Shown: positions 13,882 through 22,539 of the stretch, one piece after another | Numbering within the stretch: position 1 is the first letter of the stretch | Layout of the letters: each line of letters starts with the position of its first letter | Source: Bacillales bacterium UBA3620 | Lineage (GTDB): Bacteria; Bacillota_I; Bacilli_A; RF39; UBA660 | DNA: 55,545 nt | Assembly: GCA_002375205.1 (NCBI GenBank) | Contig: DFLL01000015.1 | Coordinates: 1 to 55,545, forward strand | Direction: 5' to 3' | Made by a program: the position numbers and the translations under genes | Notes under the pieces: model-generated | What the model was told of the DNA's origin: nothing | The model's database searches: none | Seen by the model: the letters and a program-made list of their open reading frames with translations, nothing else

Positions 13882-14715
13882 ATGAATAATTTAGGTGCTT
13901 CAATGAAAAAATTTTTTGGTAATAAGAATACTGTTACTATTTTGGGGGTAATATTATGTTTAGTAATACTATATATTGGTTATAATTATCGTATTAATTC
14001 ACAAGTTGAGTTAGTTCAAATTCCTTATGCAAAAGAGACTATTCAACCTAGGACTTATATTACTAGGGATATGATTGCAATGATGAGCGTTCCTAAGCAA
14101 TTTTTGGATGCAGCAAGAAAGAGTACTAACAGTGGATATTATTCTAATATTAATAATATTATAGGTAAATATTCCAACTATAATACTGTTATTGCTAAAG
14201 GAAGTTTATTTTATACTGATTTAGTAATTGAAGAGAAGGATTTGCCTGATTCTGCATTTAATAATGTTCCAGAGGGATATACTGTTATTATTTATCCTGT
14301 TAATATTTATACATCTTATGCTAATTCTATGGCTCCTGGTAGTTATATAAATATATATTATAAGTCACTTAATGATGATGGAGAAGTAATGTTTGGGAAA
14401 TTTATTAGTAATGTTGAAATATTGGATGTTAAGGATTCTTCTGGTAGACATGTATTTGAAAATACTGAAGAAACAAGATCTCCGGCTTATTTATTGTTTG
14501 CTATTCCAGAGGAAACTCATTTGCTTCTAAGAAAAGCTTTATACTTAAAAAATTATGATGTGGAATTAATTCTTATTCCTAATACACAAACTTTAAATGA
14601 AAATGATACTGTTCATGTAAGTAGTAATCAAATAGAGGAATTTATTAATTCAAAGACTGCATTTGTTTCTGTTAGTGATTTGCCACAAATTAGTGATCAA
14701 GTAGCTGAGGAATAA
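13882..14715 (+). CDS. cpaB: Flp pilus assembly protein CpaB/RcpC (SAF domain)
   Basis: N-terminal TM, SAF-like 'PYAKETIQPRTYITRDMI', 'PGSYINIY', 'SNVEILDV'; directly precedes cpaF. Confidence 0.8.
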   Translation: MNNLGASMKKFFGNKNTVTILGVILCLVILYIGYNYRINSQVELVQIPYAKETIQPRTYITRDMIAMMSVPKQFLDAARKSTNSGYYSNINNIIGKYSNYNTVIAKGSLFYTDLVIEEKDLPDSAFNNVPEGYTVIIYPVNIYTSYANSMAPGSYINIYYKSLNDDGEVMFGKFISNVEILDVKDSSGRHVFENTEETRSPAYLLFAIPEETHLLLRKALYLKNYDVELILIPNTQTLNENDTVHVSSNQIEEFINSKTAFVSVSDLPQISDQVAEE

Positions 14716-14745
14716 TTACTGTTTTTTATAAAGGAGGGGTAAAGT

Positions 14746-15996
14746 ATGGATGAACAGTTTACACAAATTGATTTTGGACCATTAAAGCAATTTTTAGATA
14801 ATGATGATATAACTGATATTTCTTATGATAATGGTGGTCAAGTTTGGGTTAAGACATTATCAAGAGGGGTATTTAGAGTAGAAAATACAGGAATTGATAA
14901 CGCCCTTATGGAAAAGATTGCTTTTCAGTGTGCTAATGCTATGGGTAAATCATTTAATATGGCTAATCCTATGCTTGATGCTGAATCTACTGAGCTTAGA
15001 ATGAATTTTTTGCATGATTCTATTGCGAAGAATGGAATAGCTGTTTTAATAAGAAAAACACCTGCTAAAATAAGACTAGAAAAAGATAAAATTATTAAAG
15101 AAGATTACATAAGACTTAATATTCATGATTTTTTACTTAAGTGTGTTGAAGGCCATTGTAATATTATTGTTAGTGGTGAGACTGGTTCAGGTAAAACAGA
15201 ATTTATTAAGTATTTAGCTGCTCATACTAAGGAAAATGAAAAAATTATTACTATTGAGGATACATTGGAATTGCATCTTGATAAAATATTTCCTCATCGT
15301 GATATAGTAGCAATGAAGACTAATAATATTGCATCTTATTCTGATATATTAGTGGCTTGTATGAGACAAAATCCAAGATGGATTCTATTATCTGAGGTAA
15401 GAAGTGCTGAAGCTGTTATGGCTGTTCGAAATTCTATTTCTTCAGGTCATAATATTTTGTCAACAATTCATGCTGATAAGGCTGAATCTATTCCTAATAG
15501 AATGTATAGTTTGCTTGAATCTAACCAGGATGTAAATCAATTCTTGGCTACTATTCATAGATATGTACAATTAGGAGTTCATATAAAAGGCTATTTTAGT
15601 CAAAGATATAATTCTTTTCATCGAGAAGTATCTGAGGTTGTTGAATTTTACGTTGATGAAAATAATAATCCTATGTCAAGAACTTTATATAAAAAGACAC
15701 CGGATGGTAAAGAGACTATTTTAAATCCTTCTAAATATTTAATTGATTATTTAGAAACACAAGGGGTTATTATTCCTAGTGACATTCTTATTAAAGAAGA
15801 ATTTAAAGACGCTTCTAATAATAATTTTGTTGTTGATAATAGTTTCGTTAACAATAATATTGATATGATGGTAAAAGATAATAGTATTTCTACTAATGTG
15901 ATGAATAATAAGCCAAATATGTATACTGATGGGAGTCAAGCTTTTAATGTAGTGCAAACACCTAGTGGTATTAATGTTACTGATATTAATAATTGA
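14746..15996 (+). CDS. cpaF: Tad pilus assembly ATPase CpaF/TadA (VirB11 family)
   Basis: LDNDDITDI, Walker A GETGSGKT, Asp box TIEDTLEL, MRQNP..ILLSEVR, His box SGH..LSTIHA. Confidence 0.93.
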   Translation: MDEQFTQIDFGPLKQFLDNDDITDISYDNGGQVWVKTLSRGVFRVENTGIDNALMEKIAFQCANAMGKSFNMANPMLDAESTELRMNFLHDSIAKNGIAVLIRKTPAKIRLEKDKIIKEDYIRLNIHDFLLKCVEGHCNIIVSGETGSGKTEFIKYLAAHTKENEKIITIEDTLELHLDKIFPHRDIVAMKTNNIASYSDILVACMRQNPRWILLSEVRSAEAVMAVRNSISSGHNILSTIHADKAESIPNRMYSLLESNQDVNQFLATIHRYVQLGVHIKGYFSQRYNSFHREVSEVVEFYVDENNNPMSRTLYKKTPDGKETILNPSKYLIDYLETQGVIIPSDILIKEEFKDASNNNFVVDNSFVNNNIDMMVKDNSISTNVMNNKPNMYTDGSQAFNVVQTPSGINVTDINN

Positions 15997-16012
15997 TGAG
16001 AGGTGATAAGTA

Positions 16013-16906
16013 GTGGAAATTTTATTAATTGGATTAATTATATTATTTATTGTTTCTTATCGTGGTAAAAAAGGTGAATCGGTATATAAATTTATATCTG
16101 AAAGGGCAATAAATGTTTATAAAAAGGTTGAGCCATATTCATTTAAGGTAATGCGTGATAAGGTAAAAGAATTAGGACTTGATTATACTCCTAGACAGTA
16201 TTTGTTTCAGGTGTTATTATTTGCTGGATTAGCGGGGATTATTAGTTACTTGTATTTCTATAATATAATTATTTCGGTTGTATATATAGTAATAGCGATA
16301 TCTTTTATTCCTTATATTACTTATTTAAGATGTAAAAGACAATATAGTGAATATATATTTGAACAAGTACAAGTTTATTGTACCAATACAATTATGGAGT
16401 TTAATACTACGCAAGCTTTTGTTAAAAGTTTAGAGGGTGTTGTTGAATCTGGTATTCTTGAAGAGCCTCTTCTTAGTGATGTTAAGATGATGATTGCCTT
16501 GTCGTATGAAAACGGTGACATATATGATTCTATTAAATATATGAATATGAAGTATCCATATTATATGGTAAAAAATATGCATCAGTTATTCTTACAGGTT
16601 ACTAAAGAGGGTGCTAAAGATACTTCTGAAACTTTTGAAAATATGCTTGCGGATATTGATGTTTTAGTTGAAGGAGTTTATAGAGATAGAAGTGATAGAG
16701 CTAGATTTCATGGTCAGTTTTTAACTTTTGGTATTTCTTTGTATGGTATGATTGCTTTGATACAACTTTTAATTAGTCAAGAAACTTATATATCAATGCT
16801 CGATAATTTATTTATACGTATTTTAGTACATATTATTGTTATTATAAATAGTTATTTTCTTCTTTCGGGAGAAAAATATTATAACGAGAATGTAGGTGCC
16901 GAGTAA
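16013..16906 (+). CDS. TadB-like inner platform membrane protein
   Basis: TM pairs flanking a helical cytoplasmic domain; first of two such genes after cpaF; GTG start. Confidence 0.7.
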   Translation: MEILLIGLIILFIVSYRGKKGESVYKFISERAINVYKKVEPYSFKVMRDKVKELGLDYTPRQYLFQVLLFAGLAGIISYLYFYNIIISVVYIVIAISFIPYITYLRCKRQYSEYIFEQVQVYCTNTIMEFNTTQAFVKSLEGVVESGILEEPLLSDVKMMIALSYENGDIYDSIKYMNMKYPYYMVKNMHQLFLQVTKEGAKDTSETFENMLADIDVLVEGVYRDRSDRARFHGQFLTFGISLYGMIALIQLLISQETYISMLDNLFIRILVHIIVIINSYFLLSGEKYYNENVGAE

Positions 16907-17697
16907 TGAGAATTGAATTACTTTTTGTGGCCATAATTGTTATTTATATATTTATAATTAATGGAAAAATAGATAAAGATAATATATTTACTAATAATAA
17001 TAAACTAGCTAATTTACTGAAAGAAAAGGATTATGACTTTTTATTAATTGCTAAATATGGAGATAAGGTGTATAATCCTAATGAGGTATTTATGAAGAGA
17101 ATAAGAAATGCTTTAATAGTTATTGCTGCATTAATATTCTTATTCTTATCTAATTTAAGTTATTTAACTGTACTAGCGGCAATAGTGGTTGGATATCTTG
17201 TATATAAGATGGAATACTTTAGCTTAAAAAAATGGTATAAAAAACATCTTAATTATATTGATTCTCTTTTACCGTATTATTTGAAGACAATTGAAGTATT
17301 GATACATCATTACACGGTACCTGTTGCTATTGCGAAGAGTATTGATGATGCACCAGAAGTATTTAGACCTGGTTTGAAAAGATTGGTAGAAAAAATAGAA
17401 AAAGGTGATTCGTCCATTGATCCTTATATGGATTTTGCTAAAGAATATCCTGTAAGAGATTCAATGCGAATGATGAGATTATTATATAGATTAGGTCTTG
17501 GTGAGCAAGAAAAGAAACATGAACAATTGATATCTTTTTCTAAATCTGTTTCTTCTCTTCAAGCTAAAGCTAGAGAACAAAAATATCAAGCTAGACTTGG
17601 TACTATGGAAAGAAAGACAATGATAATGCTTGTTGTCACTGGTTTTGGGTCTTTAGGATTATTATTGATTTCAATTTTTATGTTAATGTCAATATAG
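16906..17697 (+). CDS. TadC-like inner platform membrane protein
   Basis: 'IDSLLPYYLKTIEVLI...VPVAIAKS' T2SS-F-like domain, C-terminal TM; coupled to tadB-like gene. Confidence 0.72.
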   Translation: MRIELLFVAIIVIYIFIINGKIDKDNIFTNNNKLANLLKEKDYDFLLIAKYGDKVYNPNEVFMKRIRNALIVIAALIFLFLSNLSYLTVLAAIVVGYLVYKMEYFSLKKWYKKHLNYIDSLLPYYLKTIEVLIHHYTVPVAIAKSIDDAPEVFRPGLKRLVEKIEKGDSSIDPYMDFAKEYPVRDSMRMMRLLYRLGLGEQEKKHEQLISFSKSVSSLQAKAREQKYQARLGTMERKTMIMLVVTGFGSLGLLLISIFMLMSI

Positions 17698-17742
17698 AAA
17701 TTTGAAATATATATCTAAAAATAATGAAAGAAGGTGAAATAA

Positions 17743-17943
17743 ATGAAAGAAGCAACTGGAGAGGTTTCAATGACTGTTATTGTTATTGTTGCTGTAGCTG
17801 TAATTGGTGGTATACTTGCTGCTATGTGGGGACCTATTACAAAGATGATAAAAGGTTCTTTTGGAAATACTGGTAGAAGTGCATGTGAGGCTCAAGAAAA
17901 TTGTACTTGGGATGAGTCAGCGGGCTGTATTTGTACTAAATAA
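17743..17943 (+). CDS. Flp-like major pilin candidate (non-canonical leader)
   Basis: 66 aa, MKEATG then long hydrophobic helix, four C-terminal Cys, strong RBS, position after tadC. Confidence 0.7.
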   Translation: MKEATGEVSMTVIVIVAVAVIGGILAAMWGPITKMIKGSFGNTGRSACEAQENCTWDESAGCICTK

Positions 17944-17959
17944 GAGTTGGTGATGAATA

Positions 17960-18415
17960 ATGAGAGAGGCATTTGGTGGAAGTTTTACAATTAAGTTGAT
18001 GCTTATATTTCTTGCAGTATATGTTACATTTATAGCAGTAGCTCTTAATTATGCTAAGGCTTTTAGAGTTAAGAATGGTGTAATTGATATTATCGAACAG
18101 AATGAAGGTATTGATGATTATAGTGATACTGGTAGCGAAAATTCAATTATTAAAAAAATAGATGATTATTTACTTAGTATTAGTTATTATGTAAAGGGTA
18201 TTGATGATAAGAAATGTCCTATTACGGAATATAATTATATTGGCAATAGGGGATATTGCCTTAATGTTACTTCTAATATCATTGATAATGTTGAGACTAG
18301 TTATTATAAGGTTACTACTTTTGTCAAAATTGAACTTCCGTTCTTTAATATTAATATGACTATTCCAATAACTGGGGAAACACGTAAAATAGAAAGAATT
18401 AATAGAAAGGATTAA
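17960..18415 (+). CDS. TadE-like minor pilin
   Basis: MREAFG leader, hydrophobic helix, C-terminal 'YYKVTTFVKIELPFF..IPITGET' beta-strand pattern typical of TadE/F. Confidence 0.65.
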   Translation: MREAFGGSFTIKLMLIFLAVYVTFIAVALNYAKAFRVKNGVIDIIEQNEGIDDYSDTGSENSIIKKIDDYLLSISYYVKGIDDKKCPITEYNYIGNRGYCLNVTSNIIDNVETSYYKVTTFVKIELPFFNINMTIPITGETRKIERINRKD

Positions 18416-18419
18416 ATAT

Positions 18420-19427
18420 ATGAATGCTGTCGTTGTAAATAAATATACAGATGTATTTAATAATTTGGATATAGAAGTATCTAAAAAATTGGAAGGGGTA
18501 TATGAAGTTGATGATATTATCAATACTTTTAAAAATTTTTTCTTTAATAGAATGTTTTTAGATATTACCTCTATTAAGGATTATAAAAATATTTCTAATT
18601 TGAAGGAATTATCTATTAGTTTAGATATGGATAAGGTTATATTATTTTTGGATAAAGACGATGCTATTTCTAAATCACATATATTTTTATCTAAACTTGT
18701 AAGTATGGGTATATATAATTTTACTGATGATAGTAATGCATTAATGTATTTGTATAATAATCCTAATATATATCGTGATGTGGCTCATTATCAAGAAATT
18801 GAAAAGGATAGTATTATAGAGAATACTACTGTTGATATTGATACTTTCACTAGAAATAGAAAAATATTGGGTATAAAAAATATTACTGATGATGCGGGTT
18901 CTACTACTTTAGCTTATTTAATAAAAGAAACTTTAAAAAATTATTTTAGTACTATGGTTATTGAGATAGATAAAATGGATTTATCTTTCTTTAAAGATAA
19001 AGATACTTTATCTGTTAAAGATGATAAATTGAAAGATATTTTAGATAAATATGATGGAGTAGATATATTTGTTGTTGATTTAAATAAATCTAAGAATGAA
19101 TATTTATGTACTGATATTTTATATTTAATAGAACCTTCTACTATTAAGTTAAATAAATTAGTTAGTATTAATCCTGGTATTTTTCATGAGTTAAAAGATA
19201 AGAAAATTGTTCTTAATAAATCATTATTAGATGATAAGGATATAGAGGATTTTGAAAGGGAATCTAATTTAAAAGTATTTTATAATATTGGAGTAGTAAA
19301 TGATCGAAATGATAACAATGATATATTTATTCCTCTACTTACAAAATTAGGTTATATTCATATTGATAATACTGATGAAGGGATAAAAGAAGAAAAGAAA
19401 GGACTCTTTAGCTTTTTAAAAAAATAG
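18420..19427 (+). CDS. CpaE/TadZ-like protein (receiver-like domain plus degenerate MinD/ParA ATPase)
   Basis: ILGIKNITDDAGSTTLAY degenerate P-loop, 'VIEID', 'VVDLN', KIVLNK, terminal amphipathic KKGLFSFLKK. Confidence 0.7.
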   Translation: MNAVVVNKYTDVFNNLDIEVSKKLEGVYEVDDIINTFKNFFFNRMFLDITSIKDYKNISNLKELSISLDMDKVILFLDKDDAISKSHIFLSKLVSMGIYNFTDDSNALMYLYNNPNIYRDVAHYQEIEKDSIIENTTVDIDTFTRNRKILGIKNITDDAGSTTLAYLIKETLKNYFSTMVIEIDKMDLSFFKDKDTLSVKDDKLKDILDKYDGVDIFVVDLNKSKNEYLCTDILYLIEPSTIKLNKLVSINPGIFHELKDKKIVLNKSLLDDKDIEDFERESNLKVFYNIGVVNDRNDNNDIFIPLLTKLGYIHIDNTDEGIKEEKKGLFSFLKK

Positions 19428-19429
19428 TA

Positions 19430-19458
19430 TTGATGTTTGAATATATTTTTGATATAAT
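19430..19458 (+). promoter_or_regulatory. sigma-A-type promoter, pilin 1
   Basis: TTGATG-17-TATAAT with TGn. Confidence 0.55.
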
Positions 19459-19475
19459 ATTCTTATGTTAGGGAG

Positions 19476-19916
19476 TTGATGATTATGTATTTACTTGCTG
19501 CAGTAGATATATGTACTGAAGATTATGAACCATTATGGAATATTGTTGGTCTTGTTATTAATATTATTAAAATTGGTATTCCTATTGTATTAATTGTATT
19601 AGGAATGATTGATTTTGCAAAAGCAACAATAGCTGGTAAAGAAGATGAACAGAAAAAAGCTACTAAACTCTTAGGAAAAAGATTTTTGTATGCTATTGGT
19701 GTGTTTGCAAGTGTATGGATTGTTACTTTTGTTTTGGATTTAGCAGCAGATACTATTGGTAAGAATAATGAAAATTATGATTATAATGAAGCTTCTTGGA
19801 AAAGATGTTGGAATTTAGTTAATGGTGGTACTAATAGTAATAGTGCAGAAAAAAATAATTCTGTTAAAAATGGGAAGACAGATAAAAATCAAGGAAGAAC
19901 AGAAGAAATACAATAA
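19476..19916 (+). CDS. VirB2/TrbC-like conjugative-type pilin, paralog 1
   Basis: two TM helices joined by basic loop 'GMIDFAKATIAGKEDEQKKATKLLGKRFLYA'; start uncertain (TTG 19476 or downstream ATG). Confidence 0.75.
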   Translation: MMIMYLLAAVDICTEDYEPLWNIVGLVINIIKIGIPIVLIVLGMIDFAKATIAGKEDEQKKATKLLGKRFLYAIGVFASVWIVTFVLDLAADTIGKNNENYDYNEASWKRCWNLVNGGTNSNSAEKNNSVKNGKTDKNQGRTEEIQ

Positions 19917-19939
19917 AAATGAAAATTGCTTATTTATAT

Positions 19940-19968
19940 TTGACATTTTATTTAATTTAGTGTAATAT
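19940..19968 (+). promoter_or_regulatory. sigma-A-type promoter, pilin 2
   Basis: TTGACA-17-TAATAT, followed by RBS agaggaggag. Confidence 0.65.
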
Positions 19969-20000
19969 ATAGTTGTAATGAAGAGGAGGAGTTTTAAAAA

Positions 20001-20375
20001 ATGATAGATGTTTTAGGAAAAATTTGTGGAGTTGGTAGTAGATTACAGCCTATTTGGAATTTAGTTGGAATTCTAGTAAATGTTATAATGATTGGTGTTC
20101 CTATTTTACTTATAATATTTGGTATGATTGATTTAGGTAAAGCTGTTATTGCAAGTAAAGAGGATGAAGTTAAGAAAGCTACTAAATTACTTGGCAAGAG
20201 ATTCTTATATGCAGTAGGAGTTTTTGCTGTAGTTTGGGTTGTAACATTTGTTTTAGAGACTATTTCTGATGTTGCAACTGATACTGATTATGATTATAAT
20301 GAAGATTCTTGGAAACAATGTTGGAAATGTAATATTAGAAAGACTATTAGTATGACCGATGATTATTGTAAATAA
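20001..20375 (+). CDS. VirB2/TrbC-like pilin, paralog 2
   Basis: 'GMIDLGKAVIASKEDEVKKATKLLGKRFLYA'; clear paralog of upstream gene. Confidence 0.78.
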   Translation: MIDVLGKICGVGSRLQPIWNLVGILVNVIMIGVPILLIIFGMIDLGKAVIASKEDEVKKATKLLGKRFLYAVGVFAVVWVVTFVLETISDVATDTDYDYNEDSWKQCWKCNIRKTISMTDDYCK

Positions 20376-20380
20376 TTTAT

Positions 20381-20413
20381 AAAAGAAATTATTAAATATT
20401 AATTTCTTTTTTT
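20381..20413 (+). terminator. intrinsic terminator after pilin 2
   Basis: aaaagaaatta...taatttctttt stem plus T run. Confidence 0.6.
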
Positions 20414-20464
20414 TGTTTTGTATGTTATAATGATACTGATGTAAATTACTTTAAAAAGGAATGG

Positions 20465-22522
20465 GTGTTTATTATGAAGAAGAAAGTAGTATTATTACTT
20501 ACATTAATAGTTAGTTTGTTTATATATAGTGGTAGAGTAGAGGCTATTGTAATGTGGATGCAGTGTACCGAGGATGATACAGGTACTATAGAAGTAATTA
20601 AAGCAAGTGATATGGATGATTTTGTGCATTATAATACCTTTGCAGTTATAAATGAATATGATTCTTCTATGAGTACGAAGCATGTTTTGTATACTGGAGG
20701 TAGTAGCAGTAAAAATGGGACAGGTGTGCAAAATAATTTTTTTAAATATTTAGGTCCTACTTTTTTAGTTCCAGTTGGTGGTAGTAATGCTGCGGGAATA
20801 AAGTATAGTCAGGGTGCTTGTTGGTATCCTAATTCTTCTACTGAAATAGGAGTGTGTAAAGAGAGCGGTATTTCTTTTATTAATGCTACAGAGGCTTTTA
20901 ATTCTCATCAATGCCCTGAAAAAATAGCACAAAATACTGTCGTAAAAGATGGAAATGCTGGAGGAATAGAGGGTGATTATGCTGTTTTAGCTGGAACAAA
21001 AAAAGCTAATGATAGGAATGTTGAAGAATTAAATGGTTCTCAATTTGTATTATATAAAATATCTACTCCCCTAGATAATATTGATGCATGGATTATGGAA
21101 GCATATGATTCATCTGGCGTATATGGTTATACTCTTATAATACCTACTTCTTTTTTTGAAAAATTATTTAAAATAAATGTTGATTTATCTTCTAATATTC
21201 TTATTCCTGACATTGTGAATTCTATATTGCATATTGAAGGTGATGGTGATGATGACGATGATATAATGGATGACGAATATGATTATGCAAGTGAAGTAGA
21301 TTGGACTCAACATACTCAACTTATTCGTTTACATAAACTTGGCAGGGATTATTTTAAATTATCATTAAGTAGTGATAATCTTGATTCACCAGTTCTTTTG
21401 GCAAATATTTCTGCAGATCCTACTTTTTATGTTGAAGAAACACATGTTTTTGATTTTAGTGAAAAGAAGAAATGGAGTCTTGTTAGTGAATGGTATGATA
21501 GTTTTGCTGAAGGTGGACTTACTAAGCAAGGTAGATTGTTAAGTAAGTTTAATGATGATGGTGAATATGGAGAACTTATTAAAAATGCCACTAAAGTAAA
21601 TGATTCTCTTGCATCTGGAAAAAATTATAATTTAGATGTTAATAATCTTCCAAAAAATTTTTTTCAAGATTCGATTAACAAGCTAAATTCTGCATATAGT
21701 GATTTAAATAAGTTGTTAGAAGATAGTATTTTTCCTTATTATAGAAGAGTAAATTCTTCCGATTTAGGGAAAGATACGATTAATAATTGTATAGTTGATA
21801 CTACACAAAATAAGGAAAGTGCGTTTGATTCTTTGATAGATTATGTATCATGTAATACATTTGGGTATCTTTTTACGGATATTGCTGGTCAATCTTTCAA
21901 AAGCCCAGCTTCAACTTGGGATATGACTAACAATAAAAATGTAATGAAGAAGGGTGTCGCAGCAATTGGTAATAATACAAATATTGTTGAATCGGTTTTT
22001 GCTTCAGTGGTTAATGAACAATTAAATATGTTAATTGCTTCAGGTGATATTGATTTTTTGAATTACAAGAATAATGCTAGAAATTATTTAATATTATTTT
22101 CACGATATGCTTCATATTTGAAACAGAATTATAGCGATTATTTAACTGAACAGCAGGTTGAAGATTTAGATAATATTGTCAATAAGTATCTAAAATTAGC
22201 ACGTGATAAATATGGCATAGAGATTGTTTTAGATTGTGGTACTTTATTGGGCGAAGATTTTATAAATAAATTGGAAAAGTATATTAATATAATTAAAATT
22301 GCTATTCCAATAATTTTAATTGGCTTTGGAATTCTTGATTTTACAAAAGCAATATTTGCTGCAGATGATGCAAAAATGAAGGAAGCACAAAAAAAATTCT
22401 TAATGCGTATTGTTATAGCAATATTATTTTTCCTTCTTCCTATATTTTTACGTTTATTGCTAAGTATTGCTAATAAAGCATGGGAGTTTATTACTCCTAA
22501 TTCATGTAATATTGAATGGTAA
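20465..22522 (+). CDS. large secreted protein with C-terminal VirB2-like pilin domain
   Basis: signal peptide ending VEA; last ~95 aa 'INIIKIAIPIILIGFGILDFTKAIFAADDAKMKEAQKKFLMRIVIA' align with the two small pilins. Confidence 0.75.
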   Translation: MFIMKKKVVLLLTLIVSLFIYSGRVEAIVMWMQCTEDDTGTIEVIKASDMDDFVHYNTFAVINEYDSSMSTKHVLYTGGSSSKNGTGVQNNFFKYLGPTFLVPVGGSNAAGIKYSQGACWYPNSSTEIGVCKESGISFINATEAFNSHQCPEKIAQNTVVKDGNAGGIEGDYAVLAGTKKANDRNVEELNGSQFVLYKISTPLDNIDAWIMEAYDSSGVYGYTLIIPTSFFEKLFKINVDLSSNILIPDIVNSILHIEGDGDDDDDIMDDEYDYASEVDWTQHTQLIRLHKLGRDYFKLSLSSDNLDSPVLLANISADPTFYVEETHVFDFSEKKKWSLVSEWYDSFAEGGLTKQGRLLSKFNDDGEYGELIKNATKVNDSLASGKNYNLDVNNLPKNFFQDSINKLNSAYSDLNKLLEDSIFPYYRRVNSSDLGKDTINNCIVDTTQNKESAFDSLIDYVSCNTFGYLFTDIAGQSFKSPASTWDMTNNKNVMKKGVAAIGNNTNIVESVFASVVNEQLNMLIASGDIDFLNYKNNARNYLILFSRYASYLKQNYSDYLTEQQVEDLDNIVNKYLKLARDKYGIEIVLDCGTLLGEDFINKLEKYINIIKIAIPIILIGFGILDFTKAIFAADDAKMKEAQKKFLMRIVIAILFFLLPIFLRLLLSIANKAWEFITPNSCNIEW

Positions 22523-22539
22523 AGAGAGGTGATATTTAA

